Source: a bacterium (GTDB taxonomy: Bacteria > UBA8248). From it: a stretch of DNA of 64,000 nucleotides. The stretch is from assembly GCA_965204535.1 (NCBI GenBank), contig CBDBEV010000001.1, forward strand, positions 1,440,001 to 1,504,000, given 5' to 3'. Below are positions 48,137 through 58,813 of the stretch, piece by piece. The number at the start of each line of letters is the position of its first letter. Position 1 is the first letter of the stretch. The position numbers and the translations under genes were made by a program. Under the pieces are notes generated by a model. The model ran no database searches. It was not told the origin of the DNA and worked only from the letters and a program-made list of their open reading frames with translations.

Positions 48137-48357
48137 TGTATGGCTTGGGGCGCGCTCTTCAAATTCTCGCCATGGTGGATTGCGGGGTCGCCTTGCTCAT
48201 AGGAGCCTTGAATCCCTCCGCCTATGCCATCCAACTCGTTATTTTGGGTTCCGCGGTCATTTTGTTTTCCGTCGGGCGTTTGCTCCAGAAGAAGGCGCGT
48301 GCGACTGCGCCCTCAATCGGTGAGCAGGATCAATCATCCGTGTCCGAGAGCGAATGA
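48133..48357 (+). CDS. Small two-helix membrane protein
   Basis: Two hydrophobic helices; overlaps the aminotransferase stop and the next start. Confidence 0.6.
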   Translation: MMYGLGRALQILAMVDCGVALLIGALNPSAYAIQLVILGSAVILFSVGRLLQKKARATAPSIGEQDQSSVSESE

Positions 48358-49751
48358 GGGTGTCCCCAACCGTGCCGCGAAGCTTGTTTTGCGATTGGTG
48401 GGAGTCGTCTTGTGAGCGTTACCTGCGTGAGAATTTCGGGGATGTAGGCGAGCAAATCAGGCAAAATTTCACCCAAACGCTTTTTTCTCCCCAGACGGAA
48501 CCCATCCTGCCTGAGCAGGTTCTCCCGATTTCTTTCATCCATCTGAAGTTGTTGGCCGGTGAGGAGTTGGGGTTTGTTCTCCAGCGCATGGAGAAGCTGA
48601 CGGCGCTATATGGCGCTCAGGGCGTAAAGCCGGCGATCGGCACCCTGTACCTGGCGTTGACGGCCCTTACGTCGAGGCGCGGAAAATTATCCTCCATGGC
48701 GAAGGCGCAATCGGCGTTTTTCAGTTTGTTGCTTCGGCGTTTGGCGAACATGTTCGACGAAGGGGTGGGTGAAGGCGCCATACGAGAAGAACTTTCCGAT
48801 GTCTGGGAGATTCGTACGGAGCAGGCCGCAAGCACGACCCTGGAAAATGCCCGCGGCCTTTGGAGGCGCACAAGCGATCGGGATGTCGGTTTGCTTCCTT
48901 TGCCGGTGAATTTGGATTCATGGCTTCATGACAATGGTTTAGCCGAAAATGTCGCTGAAGCCCGGAAAATGTATGGAGATATGGCGGAAAATCCTCATTT
49001 GTCCGAATTGGTGGATCGTTTGGCGGCGATAGAGGGATTGAGAATTTCGATTGATTCTGGAGGTGCCCTGGAACGAAGAACCGCATGGGAGGATATGCAG
49101 GCTGTATTGATGAGAAGCTTCAATGGCGCCATGGTGGGTATGACACCTTGGGAGTCGAAAACCCTGCGCCCTGCGCCACCTCTGTTGATTTCTCTGCTTG
49201 CATGGGCGAACAAACTCCAGTTGTTGAATGACGGTGAAACACCTACGGCTTACCCCGGACGGGAGAGGCTGCCTGATTGGCTGAAAGAAATCTTGAATAA
49301 GAAACATTCCAAGGACGGTGTTCTCTCGTCATCGAGAATCGCCGTGGGTGGCGAAACTTACATCATGGTTGGCGTAGATGCGTCTGCTTCTTCCGAGTTG
49401 CTTTCGGTCGTTTTCGATGCGCCGGAGCGAACGGATTCGGCCGCGCTGAAATTGAGCATTCGATTCGGAGATGGTACGAAAAAATCTTTTCCATTCGATT
49501 TGGAGAATGGACGAGACCTTTTGGCCGCGATATGTCTGGCGAGGCAGGACGACTTTCGACTCGACGTCATCGTCCGTGGCTCGGACAAGGATTGGCGTTT
49601 CGGGACGTCTTTGTACTTGATGATGGCGCAAGAGCATCATGAGATTTGGGTGCGGTGTCTCCTCTCTTTTTTAGAGGAGAAATTTGGAAGTGACGAGGAC
49701 AGAATTCGCCTCGAAATACTGAGGGGCATAAAACGGAAAAACGATAATTGA
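48354..49751 (+). CDS. Hypothetical protein (465 aa)
   Basis: Long ORF with protein-like composition and ATGA coupling; no family recognised. Confidence 0.7.
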   Translation: MRVSPTVPRSLFCDWWESSCERYLRENFGDVGEQIRQNFTQTLFSPQTEPILPEQVLPISFIHLKLLAGEELGFVLQRMEKLTALYGAQGVKPAIGTLYLALTALTSRRGKLSSMAKAQSAFFSLLLRRLANMFDEGVGEGAIREELSDVWEIRTEQAASTTLENARGLWRRTSDRDVGLLPLPVNLDSWLHDNGLAENVAEARKMYGDMAENPHLSELVDRLAAIEGLRISIDSGGALERRTAWEDMQAVLMRSFNGAMVGMTPWESKTLRPAPPLLISLLAWANKLQLLNDGETPTAYPGRERLPDWLKEILNKKHSKDGVLSSSRIAVGGETYIMVGVDASASSELLSVVFDAPERTDSAALKLSIRFGDGTKKSFPFDLENGRDLLAAICLARQDDFRLDVIVRGSDKDWRFGTSLYLMMAQEHHEIWVRCLLSFLEEKFGSDEDRIRLEILRGIKRKNDN

Positions 49752-49804
49752 CGGCCAAGCTCTAGTACGCGGGCTTATCCATATATCCGAAGAAGAACGA
49801 ACGC

Positions 49805-51082
49805 TTATGCCCGCACCCTCCAGACGAGTAATACCGCGATGAGCCGACTGGCCGCCATGGCCGCGAACACCCAGAACCACCCGTTTGAAATCGCCAGAGA
49901 CAACCATCCGAAGAATACGGCTTGGAGCGCGCCGTAAATATACCCGTGAGCATCCAGCACGCCCGCCGCTGTTCCAGCCAGCCGCCTGCCGGCCAGGTCT
50001 ACCCCCAGCGCCTGCACGGTGGACATGTTGACGCAAAATCCACCGACAATGAGCAAAATAACGGCGAGAGGAATGTTATCGGCGGGCGCATAGGCGATTC
50101 CCATCATCGCGGCGGCGCTCAGAAACGCGGCGAGTATGATGACGATGGACCGATTACTCTTGAAGAATCGATCGGAAATGATTCCGCCGAAGATGGGCCC
50201 GAACAAATACCCCAAAGGATATGCGAAGGTCAGCAAACCCATCTCTTTCAGATTGAATCCACCCACCTGAGCGTAATACAAAGGCGCCCATGAGACGACG
50301 CCGTAGCGAACCACGTTATCCAGTCCTTTTACGTGGCACGCCAAAAAGAAACGCAGATTGGTCATCAAGTGAAAATACGCTTTTAGGCCATGTTCACTCT
50401 CGCTGCCTGCCGCTTCTGCTTCGCGGGACACGTCATCTGACTCTATATACTCAGGGAGGTTGAGTTCGGCGGGTTTGTCTTTGGCGATAAAGTAAAAAAT
50501 GATTCCCAAAACGGCAATGATCATAGGGGGGTAGCGAATCGCAACCCGCCAGCCGTATTGCGCCGCCGTCCAGGGTACGACCGCCCAAACGATGAGGAGC
50601 GCTATACCGGCGGCCGTTCCCACGAGCCCAATCGCCTGGCCCCGCTCGCGTCTCGGCCACCATTGCGCCACCAAGCCGAGTCCTGGCCCCCATGTGGCTG
50701 CGTTCACAAAACCGACCACCGCCCAGGGTATGGCGAGCGTGGAAATGGAATTTCCAAAACTCGCGATGAAGTTGAACAACGACGTGGTGATGGCGGCGAA
50801 GAGTATGGTGTTTCTGTAGCCTACTTTTTCCGCAATCCTGCCGAAGACCAAGTCGCCGAAAGCGAATCCCCAAAACATCCATGAATTGATCCACCCGGTA
50901 TCGACTCGCGTGATGCCCAGATCCTGGATGACCGCGTATTGCACCAGGCTGAAGTTGAATCTGCCCAGATAGTTGAAGGCATAGAAAACGCAAAAGGCGA
51001 TGAGGATACGCCATTTCCACTGGTGAAACTCGGGAGGCAGGTCATGATATTCGACCTGGGTGGCGCTTCTTCGTCCATTCAT
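49805..51082 (-). CDS. MFS transporter, GlpT/UhpC (organophosphate antiporter)-like
   Basis: Y.FNYLGRFNFS, WWPRRERG, G.ISDRFF, AGTAAG. Confidence 0.85.
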   Translation of the reverse strand: MNGRRSATQVEYHDLPPEFHQWKWRILIAFCVFYAFNYLGRFNFSLVQYAVIQDLGITRVDTGWINSWMFWGFAFGDLVFGRIAEKVGYRNTILFAAITTSLFNFIASFGNSISTLAIPWAVVGFVNAATWGPGLGLVAQWWPRRERGQAIGLVGTAAGIALLIVWAVVPWTAAQYGWRVAIRYPPMIIAVLGIIFYFIAKDKPAELNLPEYIESDDVSREAEAAGSESEHGLKAYFHLMTNLRFFLACHVKGLDNVVRYGVVSWAPLYYAQVGGFNLKEMGLLTFAYPLGYLFGPIFGGIISDRFFKSNRSIVIILAAFLSAAAMMGIAYAPADNIPLAVILLIVGGFCVNMSTVQALGVDLAGRRLAGTAAGVLDAHGYIYGALQAVFFGWLSLAISNGWFWVFAAMAASRLIAVLLVWRVRA

Positions 51083-51224
51083 GTTGGAAGGGTTGCTTCG
51101 GCACAGCCGAAACGCCGTCTGATTAGCCAGTTCATTTTCACCATCTGTAGGTGTCTCGGAGTTTCCAAGAGGATTTGCTCAACTCTTATGACCGAATGCG
51201 GCAAATGGTCATTTCTGTATTTGC

Positions 51225-52490
51225 TTATTTTTCAAATTCTAACAGATGATAGTTCTTTTTTCCCTTCCGAAGCAGGATGTATTGACCAAATAACATATCA
51301 TCAGCAGATAATACGCTTTCCTCATTCGTGATGCGGCGATTGTTCACATAAATGCCGCCCCCGCTTAGTTCTTTTCGCGCCAATGTTTTCGACCTGGAGA
51401 GACCGGTTTCCAGCAGGATGTCAATAAGCGGATATGGGGGTTCACCCGAGCGCAGGGTTTTGGGCATCTCCTCCGCTGCCGAGAGCAAGTCGGTTTTCTC
51501 GATTCCATCCAGTTGTGCGCCAAAGAGAATTTTCGCGGCGCGCTCTGCGCTGCGCGCGGCGGCGGCGCCGTGTACGAGCGTCGTCAACTCCTTCGAAAGG
51601 CGGCGTTGCCCCTCTCGTTTCTCCGGGGATTCGAGGTGTTCTTTTTCGATTTCATCAATCTCGTCAAGTGATAGAAAGGTGAAATATCTCAGAAACCTGC
51701 CGACATCCCTGTCGTCCGTCTGAATCCAGTATTGCGAGAATCGGTATGGACTGGTTCGCTTCGGGTCCAGCCAGATATTACCTTCTTCCGTTTTGCCGAA
51801 TTTCCTGCCGTCGGAAGTCGTGATGAGAGGAAAGGTCATTCCGAATGCGGGTTTTCCATGAACGCGCCGGATAAGCTCGATTCCTGCTGTGATGTTGCCC
51901 CACTGATCGGAACCGCCAATCTGTAAAGTGCAATTCTCTTTCTCGAACAGGTGGAGAAAGTCATACGCCTGTAGCGCCATGTAGCTGAACTCGGTGTACG
52001 ATATTCCTGCATCGGCGATGCGTGACTTCACAGATTCTTTCGCCATCATATAACCGATGGAAAAATGTTTGCCTACATCGCGGAAAAAATCGATGAGGCG
52101 GATCTCGTTCAGCCACTCCGCGTTGTTCATCATACGCGCAGAGTTTGAACCCGCATCAAAATCCAGGAACCTTTCGAATTGAGCCCTGATTCCTTTGAGG
52201 TTGTGTTCCAAAATTTCTGCGCTTAGGAGGTTTCTTTCTTCTGATTTTCCCGAAGGGTCTCCTATCATCCCGGTTCCGCCGCCCATGAGGGCAATCGGCC
52301 GGTGTCCTGCGCGTTGAAAACGCATGAGCCCCGTAATGGGAATCAAATTTCCAATGTGCAAACTGTCTGCTGTGGGGTCGAAGCCGCAATAGAGGCTTAT
52401 TCCACCTTTTCCAAATGCACTCGTCAGTTCCGCCTGGTCCGTGTGATCGTGGACCAAACCGCGGAGCTTCAGTTCATCGAACAAGTTCAT
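51225..52490 (-). CDS. tyrS: Tyrosine--tRNA ligase
   Basis: YCGFDPTADSLHIGN, QIGGSDQWGNI, KFGKT; C-terminal S4 domain. Confidence 0.97.
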   Translation of the reverse strand: MNLFDELKLRGLVHDHTDQAELTSAFGKGGISLYCGFDPTADSLHIGNLIPITGLMRFQRAGHRPIALMGGGTGMIGDPSGKSEERNLLSAEILEHNLKGIRAQFERFLDFDAGSNSARMMNNAEWLNEIRLIDFFRDVGKHFSIGYMMAKESVKSRIADAGISYTEFSYMALQAYDFLHLFEKENCTLQIGGSDQWGNITAGIELIRRVHGKPAFGMTFPLITTSDGRKFGKTEEGNIWLDPKRTSPYRFSQYWIQTDDRDVGRFLRYFTFLSLDEIDEIEKEHLESPEKREGQRRLSKELTTLVHGAAAARSAERAAKILFGAQLDGIEKTDLLSAAEEMPKTLRSGEPPYPLIDILLETGLSRSKTLARKELSGGGIYVNNRRITNEESVLSADDMLFGQYILLRKGKKNYHLLEFEK

Positions 52491-52645
52491 GGTGTTCCCC
52501 ATCTTGTTTCTATTGCATAGGGATCAGATATTAGAAGATTCCCGATTATAAAATGTTATCCTTCTGTCACTATTGTATCGTATTCGATATATAGCAGGGC
52601 AGGAGGTTTGCTGAAAGTTGGATAACAGCTATTGAGGTAAACAGA

Positions 52646-53392
52646 ATGCCGCTCCGCTTCGATTTTCATGGCAAAAGAGTGATTCTCACCGGCGCTACAG
52701 GAGACGTGGGCAAGACGCTCGTTCGGGCATTTCTGGATACGGGCGCCAAACTCGCCGCCACGGGGCGGAGTCCAGAGAAACTGCGTCTCATCGGTGGCCC
52801 CGAGGAGATGCTGAAAAAATTGCCTTGTGATTTCGAGAATTTCGCTGAAGTGAAAGTCATGCTCCAGGAAGCAATCGCATGGCTGGGTGGATGCGACGTC
52901 CTGGTTTGCACGACGGCGAACATGCTGGTGAAAGACCCGCTCTCGCTCAATGAGTTCGATTGGAGGCGCGCTCTGAACGTGAATCTCTTGGCGCCTTATT
53001 TCTGCATTCAAGGCGTGATGCCTGCGCTCATGCAGTCTCCATCGGGGCGGATTATCCTGTTTGGCTCCGGGGCCGGAAAATCAGGGGGACTGGGCCATAA
53101 TCTCACATATGGTGCTTCAAAAGGTGGTATCTTGGCCATGACGTTTAACCTTGCCCGAGAGCTTGCGAAAACCAAAGTGACCGTGAACTGCCTGGTCCCC
53201 GGGCCGATTGATGGTCCTTTGATGCGAGAATTTGGACCAGATTTGTATAACAAGGCACTGGCGAAACATCCGATGGGGAGGTTTGCAAAGGCTTCGGAAC
53301 TGGCGCCAGCCACTTTGTTTCTTGCAAGCGAAGAAGCAGCGCATATCACCGGAGAAGCCCTGGATGTAAACGGGGGGTATTTTACGGATTAG
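52646..53392 (+). CDS. SDR family oxidoreductase (FabG-like)
   Basis: [27 protein letters not shown]. Confidence 0.88.
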   Translation: MPLRFDFHGKRVILTGATGDVGKTLVRAFLDTGAKLAATGRSPEKLRLIGGPEEMLKKLPCDFENFAEVKVMLQEAIAWLGGCDVLVCTTANMLVKDPLSLNEFDWRRALNVNLLAPYFCIQGVMPALMQSPSGRIILFGSGAGKSGGLGHNLTYGASKGGILAMTFNLARELAKTKVTVNCLVPGPIDGPLMREFGPDLYNKALAKHPMGRFAKASELAPATLFLASEEAAHITGEALDVNGGYFTD

Positions 53393-53462
53393 GGTTTGTT
53401 CGGAGAATGCAAGTGCGAAACGTCCGGATTATTTGAGGCGAATTCTGGAACAGGAGTCGATT

Positions 53463-54431
53463 GTGCACGATAAAATATCAGGGAATGAAGAATCGAGGGT
53501 AAGAACAGTTGAAATCGAAGGGGTGTCCCTGCATCTGAGCGGACACACCGCCCCCGATCAAGTTTGGATCGGTCAGACAGAGGTGCTGCGTCAGCTTCTG
53601 GCCTGCTGGATGATCGTAGCGGAGGAGGACGTTTCTCTTTCTCCAAGAATTGTCGGCCCACCCGGTATCGGGAAGACGACGCTGGCGATGGCGGCAGCGC
53701 GAGAGAGAAAACAGGAATTGTTCATATTTCAGTGTACCTCCGATACCCGCCCGGAAGATCTCTTGATCACACCCGTCTTGGCGGAGTCGGGAAAAATCGC
53801 ATATCACGCATCCCCTCTCGTTACGGCCATGATGAGGGGTGGTGTCTGTGTGCTGGATGAGGGCAACCGGATGAGCGAGAAGAGTTGGGCGTCGCTGGCT
53901 CCGTTGCTTGATCATCGCCGTTATGTGGAGTCTATCGTTGCGGGTATTACGGTAAAGGCGCACCCGGATTTTCGTTGTTGCGTAACGATGAATGAAGATG
54001 CCTCGACATACGAGGTGCCCGACTACATTTTGTCGAGACTCCAACCAACTTTGGAGCTTGAATTCCCGAACAAAAAAGATGAAATGACCATCCTGAAGTA
54101 TCATTTGCCGTTTGCGCCCGAAGAGATGTTGGCTTTGACGGTGGAGTTTTTGCAGGAAGCCCACGAACTGGACTTGGAGTATTCTCCAAGAGACGGAATC
54201 CACATTCTTCAATTCGCACTGAAGCGTCTTGCGCAGGACCCGGAGCATCCACTCTCCCGAGACAAAGCGTGGCGAGAGGCGCTCGCCAAGGTTTTGGGAG
54301 ATGAGGCATTGGACCTGAAAAGCCTTGCGCAAAGAAGACGGCAAGCCCTCGGTGACGAACCCCCGTCGCTTGATTTCGGCGATATTTTCTTTGGGGGTGA
54401 CAGCCCCTTGGACCCTGAGCGAGACGATTGA
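53463..54431 (+). CDS. MoxR-type AAA+ ATPase
   Basis: Walker A GPPGIGKT, Walker [15 protein letters not shown]...TMN, SRL; AGGAG before GTG. Confidence 0.88.
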   Translation: MHDKISGNEESRVRTVEIEGVSLHLSGHTAPDQVWIGQTEVLRQLLACWMIVAEEDVSLSPRIVGPPGIGKTTLAMAAARERKQELFIFQCTSDTRPEDLLITPVLAESGKIAYHASPLVTAMMRGGVCVLDEGNRMSEKSWASLAPLLDHRRYVESIVAGITVKAHPDFRCCVTMNEDASTYEVPDYILSRLQPTLELEFPNKKDEMTILKYHLPFAPEEMLALTVEFLQEAHELDLEYSPRDGIHILQFALKRLAQDPEHPLSRDKAWREALAKVLGDEALDLKSLAQRRRQALGDEPPSLDFGDIFFGGDSPLDPERDD

Positions 54432-54434
54432 TTC

Positions 54435-56408
54435 ATGGCCTCACGAGATTTCCTGAACATCACCGAGCGGATCAGCGTACTGCCCGTCATCCACGGGTCG
54501 GGAGACTTTGCCGTCGAAGTGCGCGACAGGATTTTGCGACTTGAACCCGATTGCGTTGCGATTCCATTACCACCGTCTTTTCAGGATGAAGTTGAAGCGG
54601 GTGTGGATGAACTCCCCTACGTCTCTATGGTGTCGGTGAATGAAGATGCCCCATCATATTTCAGAGATGATGAAACAGTATTTGATGAGCCATGGGAGCA
54701 GTCCTCACAGCCGGAAGATGATTTCGGTGCTGAAGAAGACCTGGTGGCGGATGAAACAAATTTATCTTCTTATAATTATGTCCCCATCGACCCTTGCCAA
54801 CCCGTTATTTCCGCCCTCAGGGTAGCGATGGGGGAGCGCATTCCCAGAGTCTTCATTGATATGGAAGTAGAGCGTTTTCAGCAGGATATTCATACGCTGC
54901 CGGATCCGTATGCGCTGAAAAAAGTGCCGATGGAGGCTTTCGCCGCATCTCTTTTGACGGCGGCTCCCAAGCCTTCGGCTTCCTCACAGCGCGCCGCGAG
55001 AATCCGCTGGATCGCGAACACCTTGCTCGATCTCGAAGCGCGATACAAGCGCATCGTCTTGGTATGTTCCGCGTTGGATTGGCCCTGGATTCGATCGGCC
55101 TGTCGAGAAGGGCCATCCGGTGGGGATGAATTATTCGAGCTCCACTTGGGCGCGTCGCTCAATCCGCCCCGAAGGCATGGGGTATCAGAAGATACCCTGG
55201 CTTTCCTCTTGGGGGAGTTTCCCTATCAGACGTATTTGTACGAAAGAAACCGCGAAGAATTCCTGGGGGACTCCAACCTTTCCATCGACGGCGTCAAGGA
55301 ACTTCTTCTGGAGGCGAGAGCGTCGTGGTTGAGAGAACATCGGCCGGCGCAGAACTGGGTGACGCCTCAAAGACTCCAGATATTCTTGCAATATGTCCGC
55401 AATCTGACGCTTCAGGGAAGGAGGCTGACGCCAGATTTGTTCACGCTCGTCCTCGCCGCCAAGCAGACCGCGGGCGATGCTTTCGCCTTGGCGATATTGG
55501 AAGTCGCGCGAGAATACCCCTATCAGCGTGAAGCCCCGGAATTCTATGAAGACGATTTTGTCCACGTTGGCGTGGATCGTGCGGTATTCCCGAATGGAGA
55601 CGTTGGGACGCTCAAGAGCCGCCTGGGCGGCTCAGCCGTCACTTGGAGGAACATTTCTCTCAAACCGAAGCCTACTCCGTTTGAAAAGCAGAAATGGGCC
55701 CAGAGGTGGAATCCGTTTGGCATGTGTTCCTGGCCACCGGAAGATGACGCCATAGAGAGCTTTCATACCCATGTGCGTGAGCAGGCCAAGGCGCTCTTGG
55801 GAGAGGATTTGGCACGCACCGAGAAATTCACGACATCAATAAAAGATGGCCTCGATATCAGGGAAACGCTTCGCAACTGGCATACGGGCGAGCTCTATGT
55901 GAAGGAAATTCCCCCCGCGCGAGGAAATCTGGAGGTCGTCGTCTTTTTGTTCGATACGCCTGCCGATTCCGGGAAGTACTCCTGGCGTACGATGTGGTAT
56001 GCGGAACATGATGAGGAATCAACTCTTTGCATGTATGCGACCCCATTTGAGAACAACTTGGTGGGGCCGGGAATAGCGGAATCTCAGTATGGCGGAGCAT
56101 TTTTTGTTTTTCCTCCCAGATATATCGAGGATGTCTGGCGGGATTCGCGCTTTCACTACACAAAGACATTGGAGGAGCGATTGATCGCAGGAGCGTGTTT
56201 TCATTCGCAAGAGCAATTCATCGCTCTGGTGAGTCCCCAACCGCCTAACTCACGCTGGCGGCAGATTGCGCGGTTGTATAAGAAGCATTTGATTCACATT
56301 CCCATTGGTCGATTTTCTGGAGAAACAATCGCCCGAATCCGTCGTTTTCATGTTCTGAACGGGAAAAATATCAGAAGCTATGCCGCGCGGTTTATCCGAG
56401 AAAAGTAA
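54435..56408 (+). CDS. Conserved hypothetical partner of the MoxR ATPase
   Basis: 657-aa ORF starting 3 nt after the ATPase stop; PVIHGS..FA..V...PDCVAI.LP N-terminus and GLDIRETLRN motif. Confidence 0.8.
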   Translation: MASRDFLNITERISVLPVIHGSGDFAVEVRDRILRLEPDCVAIPLPPSFQDEVEAGVDELPYVSMVSVNEDAPSYFRDDETVFDEPWEQSSQPEDDFGAEEDLVADETNLSSYNYVPIDPCQPVISALRVAMGERIPRVFIDMEVERFQQDIHTLPDPYALKKVPMEAFAASLLTAAPKPSASSQRAARIRWIANTLLDLEARYKRIVLVCSALDWPWIRSACREGPSGGDELFELHLGASLNPPRRHGVSEDTLAFLLGEFPYQTYLYERNREEFLGDSNLSIDGVKELLLEARASWLREHRPAQNWVTPQRLQIFLQYVRNLTLQGRRLTPDLFTLVLAAKQTAGDAFALAILEVAREYPYQREAPEFYEDDFVHVGVDRAVFPNGDVGTLKSRLGGSAVTWRNISLKPKPTPFEKQKWAQRWNPFGMCSWPPEDDAIESFHTHVREQAKALLGEDLARTEKFTTSIKDGLDIRETLRNWHTGELYVKEIPPARGNLEVVVFLFDTPADSGKYSWRTMWYAEHDEESTLCMYATPFENNLVGPGIAESQYGGAFFVFPPRYIEDVWRDSRFHYTKTLEERLIAGACFHSQEQFIALVSPQPPNSRWRQIARLYKKHLIHIPIGRFSGETIARIRRFHVLNGKNIRSYAARFIREK

Positions 56409-56541
56409 TCCTTGCGGTTTTCTTGTGATTAGCTTGTTTTGGAACGCAGGAAGAGGATGGGGAGTCAAGCTATGGAATATCTGCTAGACTCAAAGAGTCG
56501 TTTCATTGAAAATAACCCACTCCCATAAAGGAGTTATAATA

Positions 56542-56877
56542 ATGAATGTCCAGGAACTCGTAGCGAGATTTCCCGAAATTCCGGCAGATTTACATCATGA
56601 AGAAGTCCTGTCCCGATTTGCAGATGTTTTTGGGGGACCTCTTTCCATCGCCCAAAAACCTTCTGCGTGCTCTACGGAGCATGACGCTGCAAACCATTAC
56701 TATATGAAGCTTGTGAACCCTATGGGTATATATCGTCTGGGACTGATGAAACGCGAGATGCTGCTCTCACAAATCGCTGAACTGATTGAAAAGCAAGAAA
56801 TGGACCCGAATTTTGCCGAGACGCTCGTTCCATCTGGTGTTGCGGCGAGTGAGGTCAGGGGTCCTGGCTGCGGATAA
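56542..56877 (+). CDS. Hypothetical protein (111 aa, two Cys)
   Basis: AAGGAG RBS; PSACS and C-terminal GPGCG. Confidence 0.7.
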   Translation: MNVQELVARFPEIPADLHHEEVLSRFADVFGGPLSIAQKPSACSTEHDAANHYYMKLVNPMGIYRLGLMKREMLLSQIAELIEKQEMDPNFAETLVPSGVAASEVRGPGCG

Positions 56878-56970
56878 GCATTGCGCATGTAGAAATTCCC
56901 TCACTCTTTTATGGGTGAGGGATTTTCTTTGCGCGCTGGGAATGGTCAATTCATGATGCGGGTCTGATAT

Positions 56971-57897
56971 ATGCAGGCTGTCTCCAAAATTGATCTTGTG
57001 GGCGCATTCGCAAAGGATTTCTTCGACGCACCGGATGAAGCAAAAATCATCGGTGTGTTTCGCCGAAGTTTCTATGCAGAAAATACATTCGGGCAGGTCG
57101 CGTGTATCGGAAAACGGGGTATCGGGCCGGGTCCTCTGAATGCACTTTGTGAATTTTCCGAAAATGTGGATTTTACTGAAATCATTGGTGTCGGAAGTCC
57201 TGTCAGGCTCCAGAATCGTTCGATTCGTCTTGGCCCGAAGGTGAAGATCGACGCGTCCCGCCCGATGGCGTGGGAACCGGAGCCACTACCTAACGGCTGG
57301 GATTTGGAGTTTTTTCTGGGAAATCTCTCGTTTCTTGTTCAGTGGATAGCCGAAACAGGCCCTCGGCAGGGTTTGGCGCCACTCATTGAACACATCGTGA
57401 GTGGCGAGGAGTTTTCAAATAAAGGGGCATTTCAAGCAGTCTCCTGGAAGGGAATTGCGGATTTTGGGCACTGGCTTTCGCATTCGTTGAATGGAGAGAA
57501 AACCCTTGAATTTCCTGCCTCCGCCCGCAGGCTCGTAGGCCTCGGTCCGGGACTCACTCCGGCTGGAGATGATTTTTGGTGCGGTGTGGTGATAGCGTTG
57601 CGCGCGCAGGGCTTTGGGGACATCTTGGAAAAAGTCTCCGACGCCGTCTTGAAACTGGCTGAAGAACGGACGAACAAAATCAGTCGCGCGCATATGGAGT
57701 GCGCGGCCGGAGGCCAGGGAGCGCAGGCCCTGCATGAGACGATTTCGGCGATGGGGATGGCGGATGAGGCGCGCTTGCGTTCCGCTTTGCGTGAGTTGGA
57801 CAAAATAGGACATACCTCGGGCTGGGATTCTCTGACCGGTGTTGTGTGTGTCTTGGAATCCGTGGCGTCATGGAAGGGCCGCCGGATTCTGGCATGA
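56971..57897 (+). CDS. DUF2877 (YlbF/AllH-like) protein
   Basis: LVGLGPGLTPAGDDF..G, T..IS, IGHTSGWD.L.G. Confidence 0.85.
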   Translation: MQAVSKIDLVGAFAKDFFDAPDEAKIIGVFRRSFYAENTFGQVACIGKRGIGPGPLNALCEFSENVDFTEIIGVGSPVRLQNRSIRLGPKVKIDASRPMAWEPEPLPNGWDLEFFLGNLSFLVQWIAETGPRQGLAPLIEHIVSGEEFSNKGAFQAVSWKGIADFGHWLSHSLNGEKTLEFPASARRLVGLGPGLTPAGDDFWCGVVIALRAQGFGDILEKVSDAVLKLAEERTNKISRAHMECAAGGQGAQALHETISAMGMADEARLRSALRELDKIGHTSGWDSLTGVVCVLESVASWKGRRILA

Positions 57898-57916
57898 ATT
57901 TCCTGGAGCGTGGTTG

Positions 57917-58813
57917 ATGAGCAATGTAGCCGTGGTGGGGGCTGGCGCCATAGGCGGCGTGTTCGGGGTGCGGTTATGCCACTCGGACAGGCACGACGTT
58001 ACGCTGTGTGTGCGAAAGCCCATCGACAGACTCGTGGTGGAAACGCCCGATTCCGTCATCGAATCACCGGTGAAGTGCGTTACCTCTCCCTCGGAGGTAG
58101 GGCCCGTGGACTGCGTTCTCCTGGCGGTGAAGGGGCATCAGGTGCCCGATGTCGCGCCTTGGCTGGAGGCTCTCGTGGGTGAGGATACCATCGTCGCCGT
58201 TTTACAGAACGGCGTGGAGCACAGGGAACGAGTGGAGCCGTATGCCCGGGGAGCGGAGGTCGTCCCCGTTGTGGTGAATTGTCCGGCGGACAGGCTGGCT
58301 CCCGGCCACGTGGCGCAGCAGGGAGGCGCCCAACTCGTACCCGAAGAAGGCCGGGGGGCGCGATTTCTCGCGTCCCTTTATGAGGGCACGGATGTTCCGG
58401 TGAAGCCGACAATCGATTTCAAAACAGCCTCTTGGGCGAAGTTGTGCAACAACATCGGCGCAGGACCCGCCACCGCGCTGACGAACAAGGGTAGGGGGGT
58501 GCTGCATGAGCCGGAAGTCGCCGAACTCTGCCGCGGGCTCGTGCGCGAATGCGCCGCCGTGGGGAGAGCGGAGGGCGCGAAGCTGGCGGATGACGTCGCC
58601 GAGCGAACCATCGAGCGCTTGCAGGATGCCGACCCGGAAGCCACCACTTCCATGCTCGTCGACAGGCGCGCCGGACGGCGGGTCGAGGCAGATGCCATGA
58701 CGGGGGCGGTCGTTCGCATCGGCGCCAGGCACGGAATCCCCACGCCCCTGAACGCCGCGATACACGCCCTGCTGGGTTCCATCAATATGCCTGTTATGAG
58801 AAAAACGAATTAA
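57917..58813 (+). CDS. panE: 2-dehydropantoate 2-reductase
   Basis: GAGAIG, LAVK, LQNG, W.KL..N, SML.D...GR..E, GIPTP.N. Confidence 0.88.
   Translation: MSNVAVVGAGAIGGVFGVRLCHSDRHDVTLCVRKPIDRLVVETPDSVIESPVKCVTSPSEVGPVDCVLLAVKGHQVPDVAPWLEALVGEDTIVAVLQNGVEHRERVEPYARGAEVVPVVVNCPADRLAPGHVAQQGGAQLVPEEGRGARFLASLYEGTDVPVKPTIDFKTASWAKLCNNIGAGPATALTNKGRGVLHEPEVAELCRGLVRECAAVGRAEGAKLADDVAERTIERLQDADPEATTSMLVDRRAGRRVEADAMTGAVVRIGARHGIPTPLNAAIHALLGSINMPVMRKTN

Noticed and set aside
56542-56877. Selenoprotein-like C-terminus (GCG)
   Set aside because: The stop is TAA, with no in-frame TGA.
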